A stretch of 20,000 nt of DNA from Craspedostauros australis (taxonomy: Eukaryota). Below, piece by piece: positions 9,692-18,773 of this stretch; within the stretch, counting starts at the first letter, position 1; the number at the start of each line of letters is the position of its first letter. The notes beneath the pieces are model-generated. The model made no database searches and was not told the origin of the DNA. It saw only the letters and a list, made by a program, of their open reading frames with translations. Position numbers and translations under genes: made by a program. The DNA lies in the NCBI GenBank assembly GCA_030167865.1, contig JALAGF010000347.1, positions 59,612-79,611 on the forward strand, in the 5' to 3' direction.

Positions 9692-10939
9692 CAAGAGAAT
9701 GGTCGCTCGGAGTGTTGTCGTTTCTGTTGCTTTTGTCGTTTCTGTTGCTGCGTTCCAGAGACTGCCGTGCTTCCGAGCCACAACAGAGGTGACAGGAGGA
9801 ACGAAGAACTACGAGTAGGAATGGGGACTCAACTTGGATGCAGCACTGTTTGCTCCAGCTCCGTCCTTTCACGCTGCTGCGTTCGATGTACCCGGAGGCT
9901 CGATCGCTGCCCTCTGAGTGTCCTCTCGACGCTTCCTCAGCACGCTGGTGAAATTGCGGCCAAGGACGACCAATCTTTCGGAGGTTGTGGTCAGGCAATC
10001 AGAGGTCCGAGAAGCTCGGTGCTCGCTCGGCAGTCCTCTCTTGCTTCCTCGCGGCAGATGCAGGTCCGTCCTGTCGCCAACGCCTCCGATTGCTTCTTCG
10101 CTTGGTTGCAACGTCTACAGTGTGCTCCCATGTATTGATTGTGCGTTGATGGCGCCGAAGTCGGTGCCTTCTCCCCTCTCGTTGTGTCTGACGCAAGCCA
10201 TCGAAGTGGACGCTCCTTCTTTGATCGCAGAAGGAGTACTTTGTCTCGGCAGAATTGGTTTGCTTAGTCGCTGTCGTAGCCGTAGTCGCAAGTGGGACGA
10301 GATGCGCTGCCAAACCAACAACGCCGACAGCGGCGGCAGTCCTCGCAGGTCCACCCAAAAATGGCGAAGTCGCGAAACTTTTGGATGGGCGTGAAACTAA
10401 CCCACGATTCGTTCGACCAAACGCAACACTGTCACACCTCACCAATTCAAATTTTGAAACAACCCATTCATCACACCGAACAGCTTTTTGTTCGTGAACA
10501 GATGAGGGACCAGCCGCTCACGAAAAGCGCGCCTTTTTTGCGATGGTTCGACTGCAGTCAAACAGGTATGAGTACGAACATGTCCATACCCGCATTATGT
10601 GTGATTGCCTTACTCGCACAAACAAACAGCAACGCGGTTCACGAGGTGCGAGATCATTCATCCGCGCATCATTGCGTTGGCAGGCCCTGCTCTTCAATGC
10701 AGCATACTCGGGCGCTTGCAGAGTGAAGGGACTGATCCCGTTGCCGAAACTTGGCGCTGCCGGCATTGCGATCGTAAATAGGAGGGGAATGATGAGCAAC
10801 CAAGCTGCTACGACAATCCATTTCCTTCTCCACGACTACGTCCGAGTGGAAAGAGGGGGAGAGTGGCCGTAGAGCGTGCACAACGTCTTCGACTCGAATC
10901 ATCTCATCGCTTCGTTTGTGACAACGAGCACGAGTTGCC

Positions 10940-11896
10940 ATGACTTCCATGGTCTTCGACCCCAAGAGCCAAGACGGACCAACCACAGCCTTCCTTCCGG
11001 ACCCGTTTGTCAGCGATGATACCTGCGAGGCAACAAGCTACCATGGCATCGTCATCAACACCATGTGGCCGCCGCCGGACGACTTGGTACGACGTTATCA
11101 CGAGTCTCTCCTGCCACAAATCCGCGCGTGCTTTGATGACATCGACGTACCAGAATGCGATGCGCTCAGCGAGGGCACTACCAACGAAAGTGACACCTTT
11201 CCAGGGAATGAAACAAATCATGATGCCGGTGACGGAGACGATGGTAAACGCAAAGCAATCGCACCGTTTTACCTTTATCCTGGCGCCAACCTCCACGTTT
11301 CAGTCGCCACATTGCACCCGCTCGTCAAACGAGATGCATCGACGGCAGATTTCGATGCAGTTGATGACGGCGACGGCGAACTCCATGCCATTGCAAACCA
11401 AGAGAGCAAATGGAACGCCATGTTGCAACTGGCGGCGTCGCAACATCACGATTGGCCAACTCAGGAGCTGCAATTCGAGATCGACTCGGCGCAGATTGGC
11501 AGAAAGGCGGGCATTCTGTTGTGGAGGGAAACTACAGGAGGTGTGCAACGAATCAGACGGTGCCTCGCGGACACAGTTGCCGCCAATAGCGAGGGTCTCC
11601 GCATCCACTCCATGCCTGATATCATCCACTCGACGTTCCTGCGATTCCGAAGCGTGCCGAAGACGGACGCTGCCATTGTGCAACGGCGATTCAAAACCAA
11701 CGTGTTGCCCAAGTTGAAAGAGACGTTTCCATTTCCCATCACCGCGAAATGGATCAAGGTGGTGTGCAAGTGGACGCGGTACCTGAACATTTCGGATGAT
11801 GAACGCCACGCTCACTTGACGATGCGTCTGGAACAGGGAGTAAGTTGCACAGAAGCGAGCGCTCGCACCACGTACGCAAGCGCGGGCGCACCCTGA
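10940..11896 (+). CDS. Putative 2H-phosphoesterase superfamily protein (318 aa)
   Basis: Two phi-H-x-[ST]-phi motifs: LHVSV (His119, 11294, preceded by FYLYP) and IHSTF (His230, 11627, followed by LRF). They are about 110 aa apart, as expected for the 2H fold. Confidence 0.7.
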   Translation: MTSMVFDPKSQDGPTTAFLPDPFVSDDTCEATSYHGIVINTMWPPPDDLVRRYHESLLPQIRACFDDIDVPECDALSEGTTNESDTFPGNETNHDAGDGDDGKRKAIAPFYLYPGANLHVSVATLHPLVKRDASTADFDAVDDGDGELHAIANQESKWNAMLQLAASQHHDWPTQELQFEIDSAQIGRKAGILLWRETTGGVQRIRRCLADTVAANSEGLRIHSMPDIIHSTFLRFRSVPKTDAAIVQRRFKTNVLPKLKETFPFPITAKWIKVVCKWTRYLNISDDERHAHLTMRLEQGVSCTEASARTTYASAGAP

Positions 11897-12369
11897 TTTC
11901 CAATGGAAGTGAGGTTGGAGTGGATGTACTCGTTTCAGCGACAAGTCCGATGCTCCAGATCCAACTCGGTCTCAACCTCATTCTCGGCCACGGTTCCGAC
12001 TATCATAAGAACGCAATGCTCTAGATTATTCCGGAGAGAGACGTTGCTCTCCTAAAGTGTCGAACTGAGTATCCAACAAACAGCGAACGCAGTATTTGGG
12101 GGAAACTACCCAAGCCAGACTTTGCAGTACGAGGTAGTCTATTCTATTCCATCATTCTACAGCGCATGGTGCCACGAGTCTGAGTCACGAATGAAACGGG
12201 AATCAGTGACGTCGATCGTCACGGCAGAGTCAAATCGCCTCAAACTGCTGCCTCCATCCGGTCTTGTTGTGCGGTGACGCAGCGGCGTCGGCTGCGATGG
12301 CGTTGGGACAATGACCAAGGCAACGACTCCGCGCAAGGCAAGGAGGCGACGATCCTCATTCCGAACACG

Positions 12370-14028
12370 ATGATCCGCAACACACGTCCTTCCACAGCGG
12401 CAACATCTTGTCTGCTGCTCTGTCTCGGTTCGTTCCGAACTTTACCATCGATTCTTCCAAAGAGCGCTGCGTTTGCGTTGACTCCATTTGTCGCTGATCA
12501 AAGATCCCGCTGTTGCTCGCTCACTCCGTCTCGCTCCAACGAATACCAACTGCGGTTCGACGTGATGTCATCAGCGCCACGGACGCGACGCCAACGAGCG
12601 GCATTCACATTGTCACAAGCACCGAATGGCATTGCATCGCTGTCATCGTTGTCAATGGCAGGGACGACATCAGACGTTTCGACGAATTACCTCACAGCCC
12701 AGACGAACGGAAGAGTGACACGACGAAGCTTGCGATTATCCTTGGCAGCAGCGGCGTCATCGTCGTCGCCGTCGCCGTCGCCGGCTCATTCTGATATGCT
12801 ACTCGACAAAGATGAAATCTCGAAACCGCCTCCAAGAAAACGAAAGAGATCGGCCGAGCAAACGGATCCGAAGCAAGAGGCCTTCGAACCATCATCAGTG
12901 ACAACCGAGACGGCGAGATCGCGAAGAAGCAAAGTCAGAGGATCCGCAGCTTTGCCCTCACAAGTTCAGTCGGTTCCATCTCTCCAGGAACCAATGGTGG
13001 AGCCAATAGAAGTTCAATCTCCCATGGAAAATGGCGGCCATCATCGTCAGCATCGTCAGCATCGTCATCAGCAGCAGGGCCAGCCTGAGGAAGAGAAGGA
13101 CAATGAGGAGCAACGAGTCGCAGCTAATAATGTTGACCCTGAAGAGGTTCCATCTGCACGTGTAAAGAAGAAGTCGGCCACAACGAAAGCGAAGACGAAG
13201 GCCAAGACGACAAAGAAAAGAGCATCGTCCAAAAAGCCACGCAAGATCGCGGGCGTGCCACGCAAGGAACCACCCGGCTGGGAAGAGGTGTACTCCATTG
13301 TGGAAGAATTGCGCAGCGACCGCACTGCACCTGTCGATACGGATGGAAGCGAAGCGTTGCCTCAGAAACACGAAGTCACGCCACAGACTTACCGTTTCCA
13401 AGTTTTGATTGCGTTGATGCTGAGCAGTCAAACGAAGGATGCGATTGTTGGTGAAGCCATGAGGAAACTGCAGGCTCACGGGCTGACGGTGGACAACATC
13501 TCACAGACGCCGCCGGAGAAACTGAATGAGCTCATTCGCAGGGTGGGATTCCATAACAACAAGACCAAGTACATTAAGAAGGTCGTGGAGATCCTCAAGG
13601 ACGACTACAATGGCGACATCCCGCCCACGGTGCAAGGCATGATGGAGCTTCCTGGCGTCGGTCCCAAGATGGCGTACATCGTCGAGAACGTGGCGTGGGA
13701 TCGCGTTACGGGGATTGGTGTGGATACGCACATGCACCGGCTGTTCAATGTCCTGGGCTGGGTGGATTCCAAGACTCCCGAACAAACGCGGCTGCAACTG
13801 GAATCGTGGTTCCCACGCGAACGGTGGGGAACGGTGAACTTGCTGTGGGTTGGATTTGGGCAGGAGATCCAGCAATTCAAACCCAAGCTGCTGCGCAAGG
13901 CGTTGGACAGCAGCAAACCGGCGGATGCGCTGAAGCTATTGAAGAAGCTGGGAATGGATTACAAGAAGGAAGGCGCCAAAGCTGACATGACGGAGGACAT
14001 TGAGAAGGTGCTGGGAACATCAAAATAA
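12370..14028 (+). CDS. NTH1: Endonuclease III homolog (NTH1/NTHL1-like HhH-GPD DNA glycosylase/AP lyase) with long N-terminal extension
   Basis: Motifs APVDTDGSE, RFQVLIALMLSSQTKD, LIRRVGFHNNKTKYIK, HhH ELPGVGPKMA (catalytic Lys), IGVDTHMHR (catalytic Asp), TPEQTRLQLESWFPRERW..VN.LWVGFGQ. The track start at 12274 is GTG; the first ATG is at 12370 and is followed by a signal-like segment and SAA-FAL. Confidence 0.93.
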   Translation: MIRNTRPSTAATSCLLLCLGSFRTLPSILPKSAAFALTPFVADQRSRCCSLTPSRSNEYQLRFDVMSSAPRTRRQRAAFTLSQAPNGIASLSSLSMAGTTSDVSTNYLTAQTNGRVTRRSLRLSLAAAASSSSPSPSPAHSDMLLDKDEISKPPPRKRKRSAEQTDPKQEAFEPSSVTTETARSRRSKVRGSAALPSQVQSVPSLQEPMVEPIEVQSPMENGGHHRQHRQHRHQQQGQPEEEKDNEEQRVAANNVDPEEVPSARVKKKSATTKAKTKAKTTKKRASSKKPRKIAGVPRKEPPGWEEVYSIVEELRSDRTAPVDTDGSEALPQKHEVTPQTYRFQVLIALMLSSQTKDAIVGEAMRKLQAHGLTVDNISQTPPEKLNELIRRVGFHNNKTKYIKKVVEILKDDYNGDIPPTVQGMMELPGVGPKMAYIVENVAWDRVTGIGVDTHMHRLFNVLGWVDSKTPEQTRLQLESWFPRERWGTVNLLWVGFGQEIQQFKPKLLRKALDSSKPADALKLLKKLGMDYKKEGAKADMTEDIEKVLGTSK

Positions 14029-14439
14029 GCGTTTAGCATTGAACATATCCCCGGCATTTTCTCGGAGACGATGGCGATGCATCGTGGTGGTGGAACCATC
14101 AATCTCGCCATGGGATATAGACTCATCTACGAGCTACAAGTAAGCAGAGTCTGTGTGGTGTTATATGTCGGAACTGCTCGTACCTTGCCAACCGCACTCT
14201 TGGAGTGAGGTGGTTTCTCCCCCTCTGGAGTACAGTCACATCATTGCGCAACTCTGCGCAAAACCGCATCGCGTGAGCACGAGTATGTACCCATGAGCGC
14301 GCCGACTGCGGAGAAGCAGGAGGGGACGGCTTCACAGCAGCAGCATCGTGCGAATGAGAGGACGGATGCTAAGGCGAATCCCATATCCATCCATATCCGC
14401 ATCGGCATCTGGGTGCGTTCACGATGGCTGTTGGGTTCA

Positions 14440-14991
14440 TCATATGCCCGGCAAGAAGTTCTCTGGGTCGGCCTGGTAGACTGTGCGGAAGTAGAAGAAG
14501 GATCCAATCGCAACCGCAAGGACACTGTACGCCTTGACCTTGCTGGTTGTGCGGAACTTTTGAATGCGCTCCTTGACCTCGTCGCCGCGTCCTTCCTTCT
14601 CAGCCTCGCCGATCATGCCCTCGAACATGTCCTTGTAGCCTAGCTCGGCATAGCGCTTCTTCCTTTGATCCAACGCATAGTAGAATGGCGGATTCTCGAG
14701 GAATTGATTGTACTCGTCTTCGGCCTGCTGCCGCGTCAGCTTGTCCTGCTGCATCTTCTGCTTCACGACGCGCTCGTAGTCGGCAGGATCCGCCATCTTC
14801 TTGGCCCTGGCGACTGGTCCCATGGGCATGCGCGCGAAGAGAGCTGACGACGACAGCGCCGACGATGCCGCGGTGGCAGGACATGCGATGAAGGCTGCGC
14901 TCTTGTGAACGATCATCATCGTTGACATCAACACCAGCACCAGGGATGCTGGCAGAGAGGATCCGCCGTTCGCGGCTCCCATTGGTCTCAT
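14440..14991 (-). CDS. Hypothetical protein, predicted plastid-targeted, with one C-terminal transmembrane helix
   Basis: ATG at 14991 (or 14982). Hydrophobic SLVLVLMSTMMIV is followed by SAA-FIA (ASAFAP-like), a Ser/Ala-rich transit ending SALFA, a charged helical mature part, and TM AYSVLAVAIGSFFYF. Strong GC3 codon bias. Confidence 0.75.
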   Translation of the reverse strand: MRPMGAANGGSSLPASLVLVLMSTMMIVHKSAAFIACPATAASSALSSSALFARMPMGPVARAKKMADPADYERVVKQKMQQDKLTRQQAEDEYNQFLENPPFYYALDQRKKRYAELGYKDMFEGMIGEAEKEGRGDEVKERIQKFRTTSKVKAYSVLAVAIGSFFYFRTVYQADPENFLPGI

Positions 14992-15153
14992 TCGTAGAAT
15001 ACGTGCACGTAGTTGCGCAGAGGGAATGACAGGTGTTGCGCGAGTACGACTTTGGGGAGGGCCACGAGCGTATCTTTGGGAACAGGGCGACACTTGCTGA
15101 TCCGTGTCATGGAATCAAGTCAGGGAGAGTATGGGGTGGTCCAGAGAGCTCGT

Positions 15154-15226
15154 GTGTCCTTGTGTCTTGTGTCCTTGTGTCTTGTGTCCTTGTGTCTTGT
15201 GTCTTGTGTCCTTGTGTCTTGCGTCT
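15154..15226. repeat. Minisatellite of alternating GTGTCCTT / GTGTCTT units (about 15-bp period)
   Basis: gtgtccttgtgtcttgtgtccttgtgtcttgtgtccttgtgtcttgtgtcttgtgtccttgtgtcttgcgtct read directly, upstream of the 14991 start. Confidence 0.9.
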
Positions 15227-15663
15227 CTCTGTGTTCTCTCTCGATGTCAATGAACAGGGAGGCGCGGTAATCCACTTGAGTGGTGCATTACAAAGGGGCT
15301 TTTTCGTCACAAAACGGTGTCCTTCACCTTTTTTCTAAAAATTTTAAATCGCAATTCCGGATGCTTTCGGACACGCCAAGTTTTGCGATGCGATCGTCGC
15401 TGATGTGCCGACGCTTCGGTGATTGTCTCGCTCACAATTTTTTGTGTTTTGCCCATGACATCACAGGGTGCGCTTCTTCCTGCGTCGTTCCTTGTCTCTC
15501 CGCCATTGGCGTTGGAATGGTCGTCTGCGGCATCTGCTGCCTTTGGCCTCTCCGGTCTGTACTAACACTGACACATCACCATTGTTGTTTGGTGATAAAA
15601 CAACACACCACCACTCCTCCACAGTACAGTTGTTGTCGCTGTTGGACTTCGCCTCGTTGTCGC

Positions 15664-15735
15664 CTGCGCGGAGGCACAAGACGTGCCTTGGTGTGCTGGA
15701 CTGCGCGGAAGCACAAGACGGGCGCTGGTGCGCTG
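15664..15735. repeat. Imperfect 35-bp direct repeat, two copies, 37-bp period
   Basis: ctgcgcggaggcacaagacgtgccttggtgtgctg (15664) versus ctgcgcggaagcacaagacgggcgctggtgcgctg (15701). Confidence 0.75.
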
Positions 15736-16278
15736 TGGTTTTTCGTCTTGATTCCTGCAGCTGTTTCGTCTGTGCTCCCGTTCATCGACCTTGGCCTTTT
15801 CACTCTGCGCGATCGCACAGCGATTCGTCCGGGTTTCTGTTGTTGCCGTCCTCCCATTGACGGAGTCTGCGTGGCCGATCTTCCTTCGCGCTCCATCGCT
15901 TCCATTACACAAAAGCACAACAGAGACACAGTCAACGCAACAGTCCAACAATGTTCGTGCCTTCTCGGCACATGTTGTTTCCTCCGTTGATCGCGCCTCC
16001 AGGCAATTGTTGTTACGCCCCAAATTTGATGCCAACACGCGCAAACAATCCACTTACATGTACTGGTTGTGTGTTCCATGAAGTTTTGCCTGTTACCATC
16101 ACACAACACTGGTGGTCGAGATGCAACTTCATCGATCAGGCTAATAGTAGTACACTCCTAAGTCACATTCGTTTGGCCCTGCGGCGTATCAATCGCGGAC
16201 ACGGTGGCAGAGACGTTTAATTGTTAGAGCAACCTCTTCAATACGAAACGTGTGTCTACTTTAAATGAAATATGCAGT

Positions 16279-17288
16279 CTAGTCGTGACCCATTCGCTGT
16301 CGGGCTGTGGCCAGCGCCTTGTCGGCGTCGAACGCTGGATAGCCATTACCGAGTTCGATCTGGGTGATGACCACCACTGCATGGAACACTGTGTGATGCT
16401 TGTCCACATGGTGACGCCACTTTTGTCCCAGACAGCCCCATTGCTTCAATCTGCCGTTAATCGTTTCGTGGCGAGCACGAAGAATGCCATCCGCTTTGTA
16501 CGTGGGAGGAAACACTTTGTCATCTCCTCTGTAGCCGTTGTCAGCAATCACAACCTCGTCTGCCCGTATTGCTTGTTTAAGCTCAGAGCGGAAGATGGCC
16601 AGGTCGTTCATGTATCCACACGGAAAGGGGCCGTTCACCCAAACAATGTCTCCTCTACTGATGGAAACAGCAACTTCATACCTCACACCAGCAGCTTTGA
16701 ACTTGTGCGAGTACCACACTCTGTTGAATGGTTTTGGGTCGTTAGTGCGAAAGTCCGTGCCATCTACAGTTAAGAAAGCACTTCCATCTCTGTCTGCATC
16801 AATGAAGCGATTGTCTAGGTCGATCTGTAGGCAAGCAAGATGGATACGAGCAGTCACGAATGGAAATTGTGAGTGAGTCGTGGTAGGCGAAAAAAAGAGA
16901 GCTCGCATTTTTTGGGGTTCTCATGTGCTGTACTTACAATGTCGTGGCGCAACTCTGCCACAGCTCGGGCCATGGCCCACGCCCACTTGCGGAAAGTTTT
17001 CGCGTCGGTGTCCATCATCCGCGCCACCACTGTCTCCGCCAAATACATTCGGAGGAACGCGCACATCCAAAGGAGGTGCTTCGGCTTCGCATCGAAAGGG
17101 AGAAGACCTGTGCCAATCAGGTCTTCCCAGAGGAGGTGAGTGATGTATGGGTCAGTGCCAAACATCCCGCGAAACTCTCGCAACTGTGTATCGTTGAGCA
17201 CGTTGGCATCATGACAATCCAGTTCGCGTCGCATGAGCGCAAAGCCTTCCACGGCGAATTCACCTGCGTGCCTGTCCTCCAGTTCCAT
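16279..17288 (-). CDS. Harbinger/PIF-like DDE transposase, two exons (17288-16938 and 16824-16279), 298 aa
   Basis: Exon 1 contains FRGMFG...KPKHLLWMCAFLRMY..E.V.A....D.KTFRKWAW (HTH region). The 113-bp intron 16937-16825 runs GTAAGT...CCTACAG, phase 0, joining RHDI|IDLDNRF. Exon 2 contains VDGTDF, WYSHKF, YEVAVSI..GDIVWVNGPFPCG..NDL, ADNGYRG and RARHETINGRLKQW, giving an intact D-D-E triad. Confidence 0.9.
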
Positions 17289-18074
17289 GCTTGTGGGTTT
17301 GTGCGAGCGCTGATTCGACTACGTGGAGTCAAAGTTCGTGCGGATTTCCACGAAGACAACATTTTGTGAAGTGACAGCAACATTGGCAAGTTGAGTGGTC
17401 AAGGAGGAAGTGGCTGCTTGTATCGTAGGCTGCCGATGCCCATGTAGTCTACAAATTAGCTCCTCCAGTTGCCAACTCCAAGCCTGTATGGCATGCGATG
17501 TATAGCCATGCTCGACCCTCCCATGACTTCGTTTGCCACCGATGATGTTGGATGTCCCACTTGATGTTATCCGTCTCTTGCTGTGTGGCTTACAAGAAGG
17601 AGAGATGCTGGCAGTAGAAAAGCAGGACATCTAGGCATTCACGATCATCGGGGGCATTGGACTGTTTGACCCTCCATGACTACAGCAATGAGCGCCTAGA
17701 CAAGCGTGCTTATATAGTTGACCGGAATGCAATGTTGATGACCCACGTGCTCATACGCAATGAAAGACTTCTAGTATGGGAAATGGTGGACTCCTCAACC
17801 AAAGTCCGCTGTCGGCTTGCTCGTCTTGTTCCATCGACACATGGCGAACAAGCACCGTCAGTCCTTGGGACTCTTGCAGCTTGGCGCGCCACCTACAAAC
17901 GACACAACACGAACAGAGACGGTGGCAACGAATCTGTACGGCGGCACATTGGCGCCACTCAATGCCAGCACATCGGCGCCTCTCCCCCGATACGCAACGC
18001 AATTCGCGGCCTTCGCCAACTTGGAAAGTTCCATGTGGGATGTGGAAATCTGCCCCGTGAGTTCCAAATAATTG

Positions 18075-18476
18075 TGGGCCCCTCGGTATTGCCAATTTAA
18101 TTTAAATTATAATTCCGGCCCTTGCTCCCTAGCATTCCGGCCCAAAAAGCGAAATATCTCACACTTCCGTCGTCTTGAGATGAAGAATACGCTGAGAATT
18201 CAAAATTAATTTAAATTATAATTCCACCCGGAATTGTAATGAGAATTGTTTGTTTTGGGTCGAAAAATTTCATCGTCATGTTCACCACGAGAATGCACGG
18301 AGAATACGCTGAGAGTTAAAAAATTATGGAAAGTACACTTGTAATATTTTGGAATGGACGAAACATTTCATCCGTCGTGTTCATATGAATCATACGTTAA
18401 CAGTTAAAAATGTATGAATAGTACAATTTCACCCGGTATTGCAATTGTAATAATTCGGGATGGACGAAACATTTCG
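18075..18476. repeat. AT-rich degenerate tandem repeat, about 100-110-bp period, roughly 4 copies
   Basis: CGAAA[T/A/C]AT[C/T]TC anchors at 18150, 18261, 18359 and 18465. Shared blocks: agaatacgctgaga (x2), taatttaaattataattcc (x2), tggacgaaacatttc (x2), cggtattgc (x2). Confidence 0.75.
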
Positions 18477-18773
18477 GGAACAATACAGCGTGATTTGCTG
18501 TGACTTTCGGAGGCGCTCTCGTAGAGACGCGCCTAAATGCTGTCGTGTAACGCGCTATCATGTATGCGGGACAGCGCCGAAACAGGAAGTTCCCGCCACG
18601 AAGTCTGTTACATAGAGGCAGGACTTTAATAGCTCTGCTGTTCGTATGGACTACTACTACTACAAGGCTGGCCGTTTCAATGGTTTGCAACAAGACATCA
18701 GGATGCACTGCAAGAGTGTGGTTGGGAGGATGTTACCACCTGTCGTTTCACAGACCAACACACAAAAAGCAAC

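Noticed and set aside
3928-9792. Many + strand and alternate-frame ORFs
   Set aside because: Shadows of the long K+ channel frame.
9800-10900. Overlapping 80-180-aa ORFs between the channel and the 2H gene
   Set aside because: No motif or consistent coding bias; more likely UTR and divergent promoter sequence.
12038-12049. AGACGTTGCTC resembles the reverse complement of the candidate terminus GAGCAACCTCT at 16227
   Set aside because: The orientation is wrong: the pair points outward and would not enclose 12049-16227 as TIRs. It also has a mismatch and no TWA flank.
15280-16220. Cys-rich 236-aa ORF and neighbours
   Set aside because: Cys richness reflects TG-rich composition; GTG start and no regular metal-binding spacing.
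17319-18100. Possible third transposon ORF (103-147 aa candidates)
   Set aside because: Most have non-ATG starts, none shows recognisable motifs, and they overlap on both strands.
18075-18476. CRISPR-like repeat-spacer array
   Set aside because: Repeats are degenerate over the whole unit, spacers are not unique, there are no cas genes, and the context is eukaryotic.
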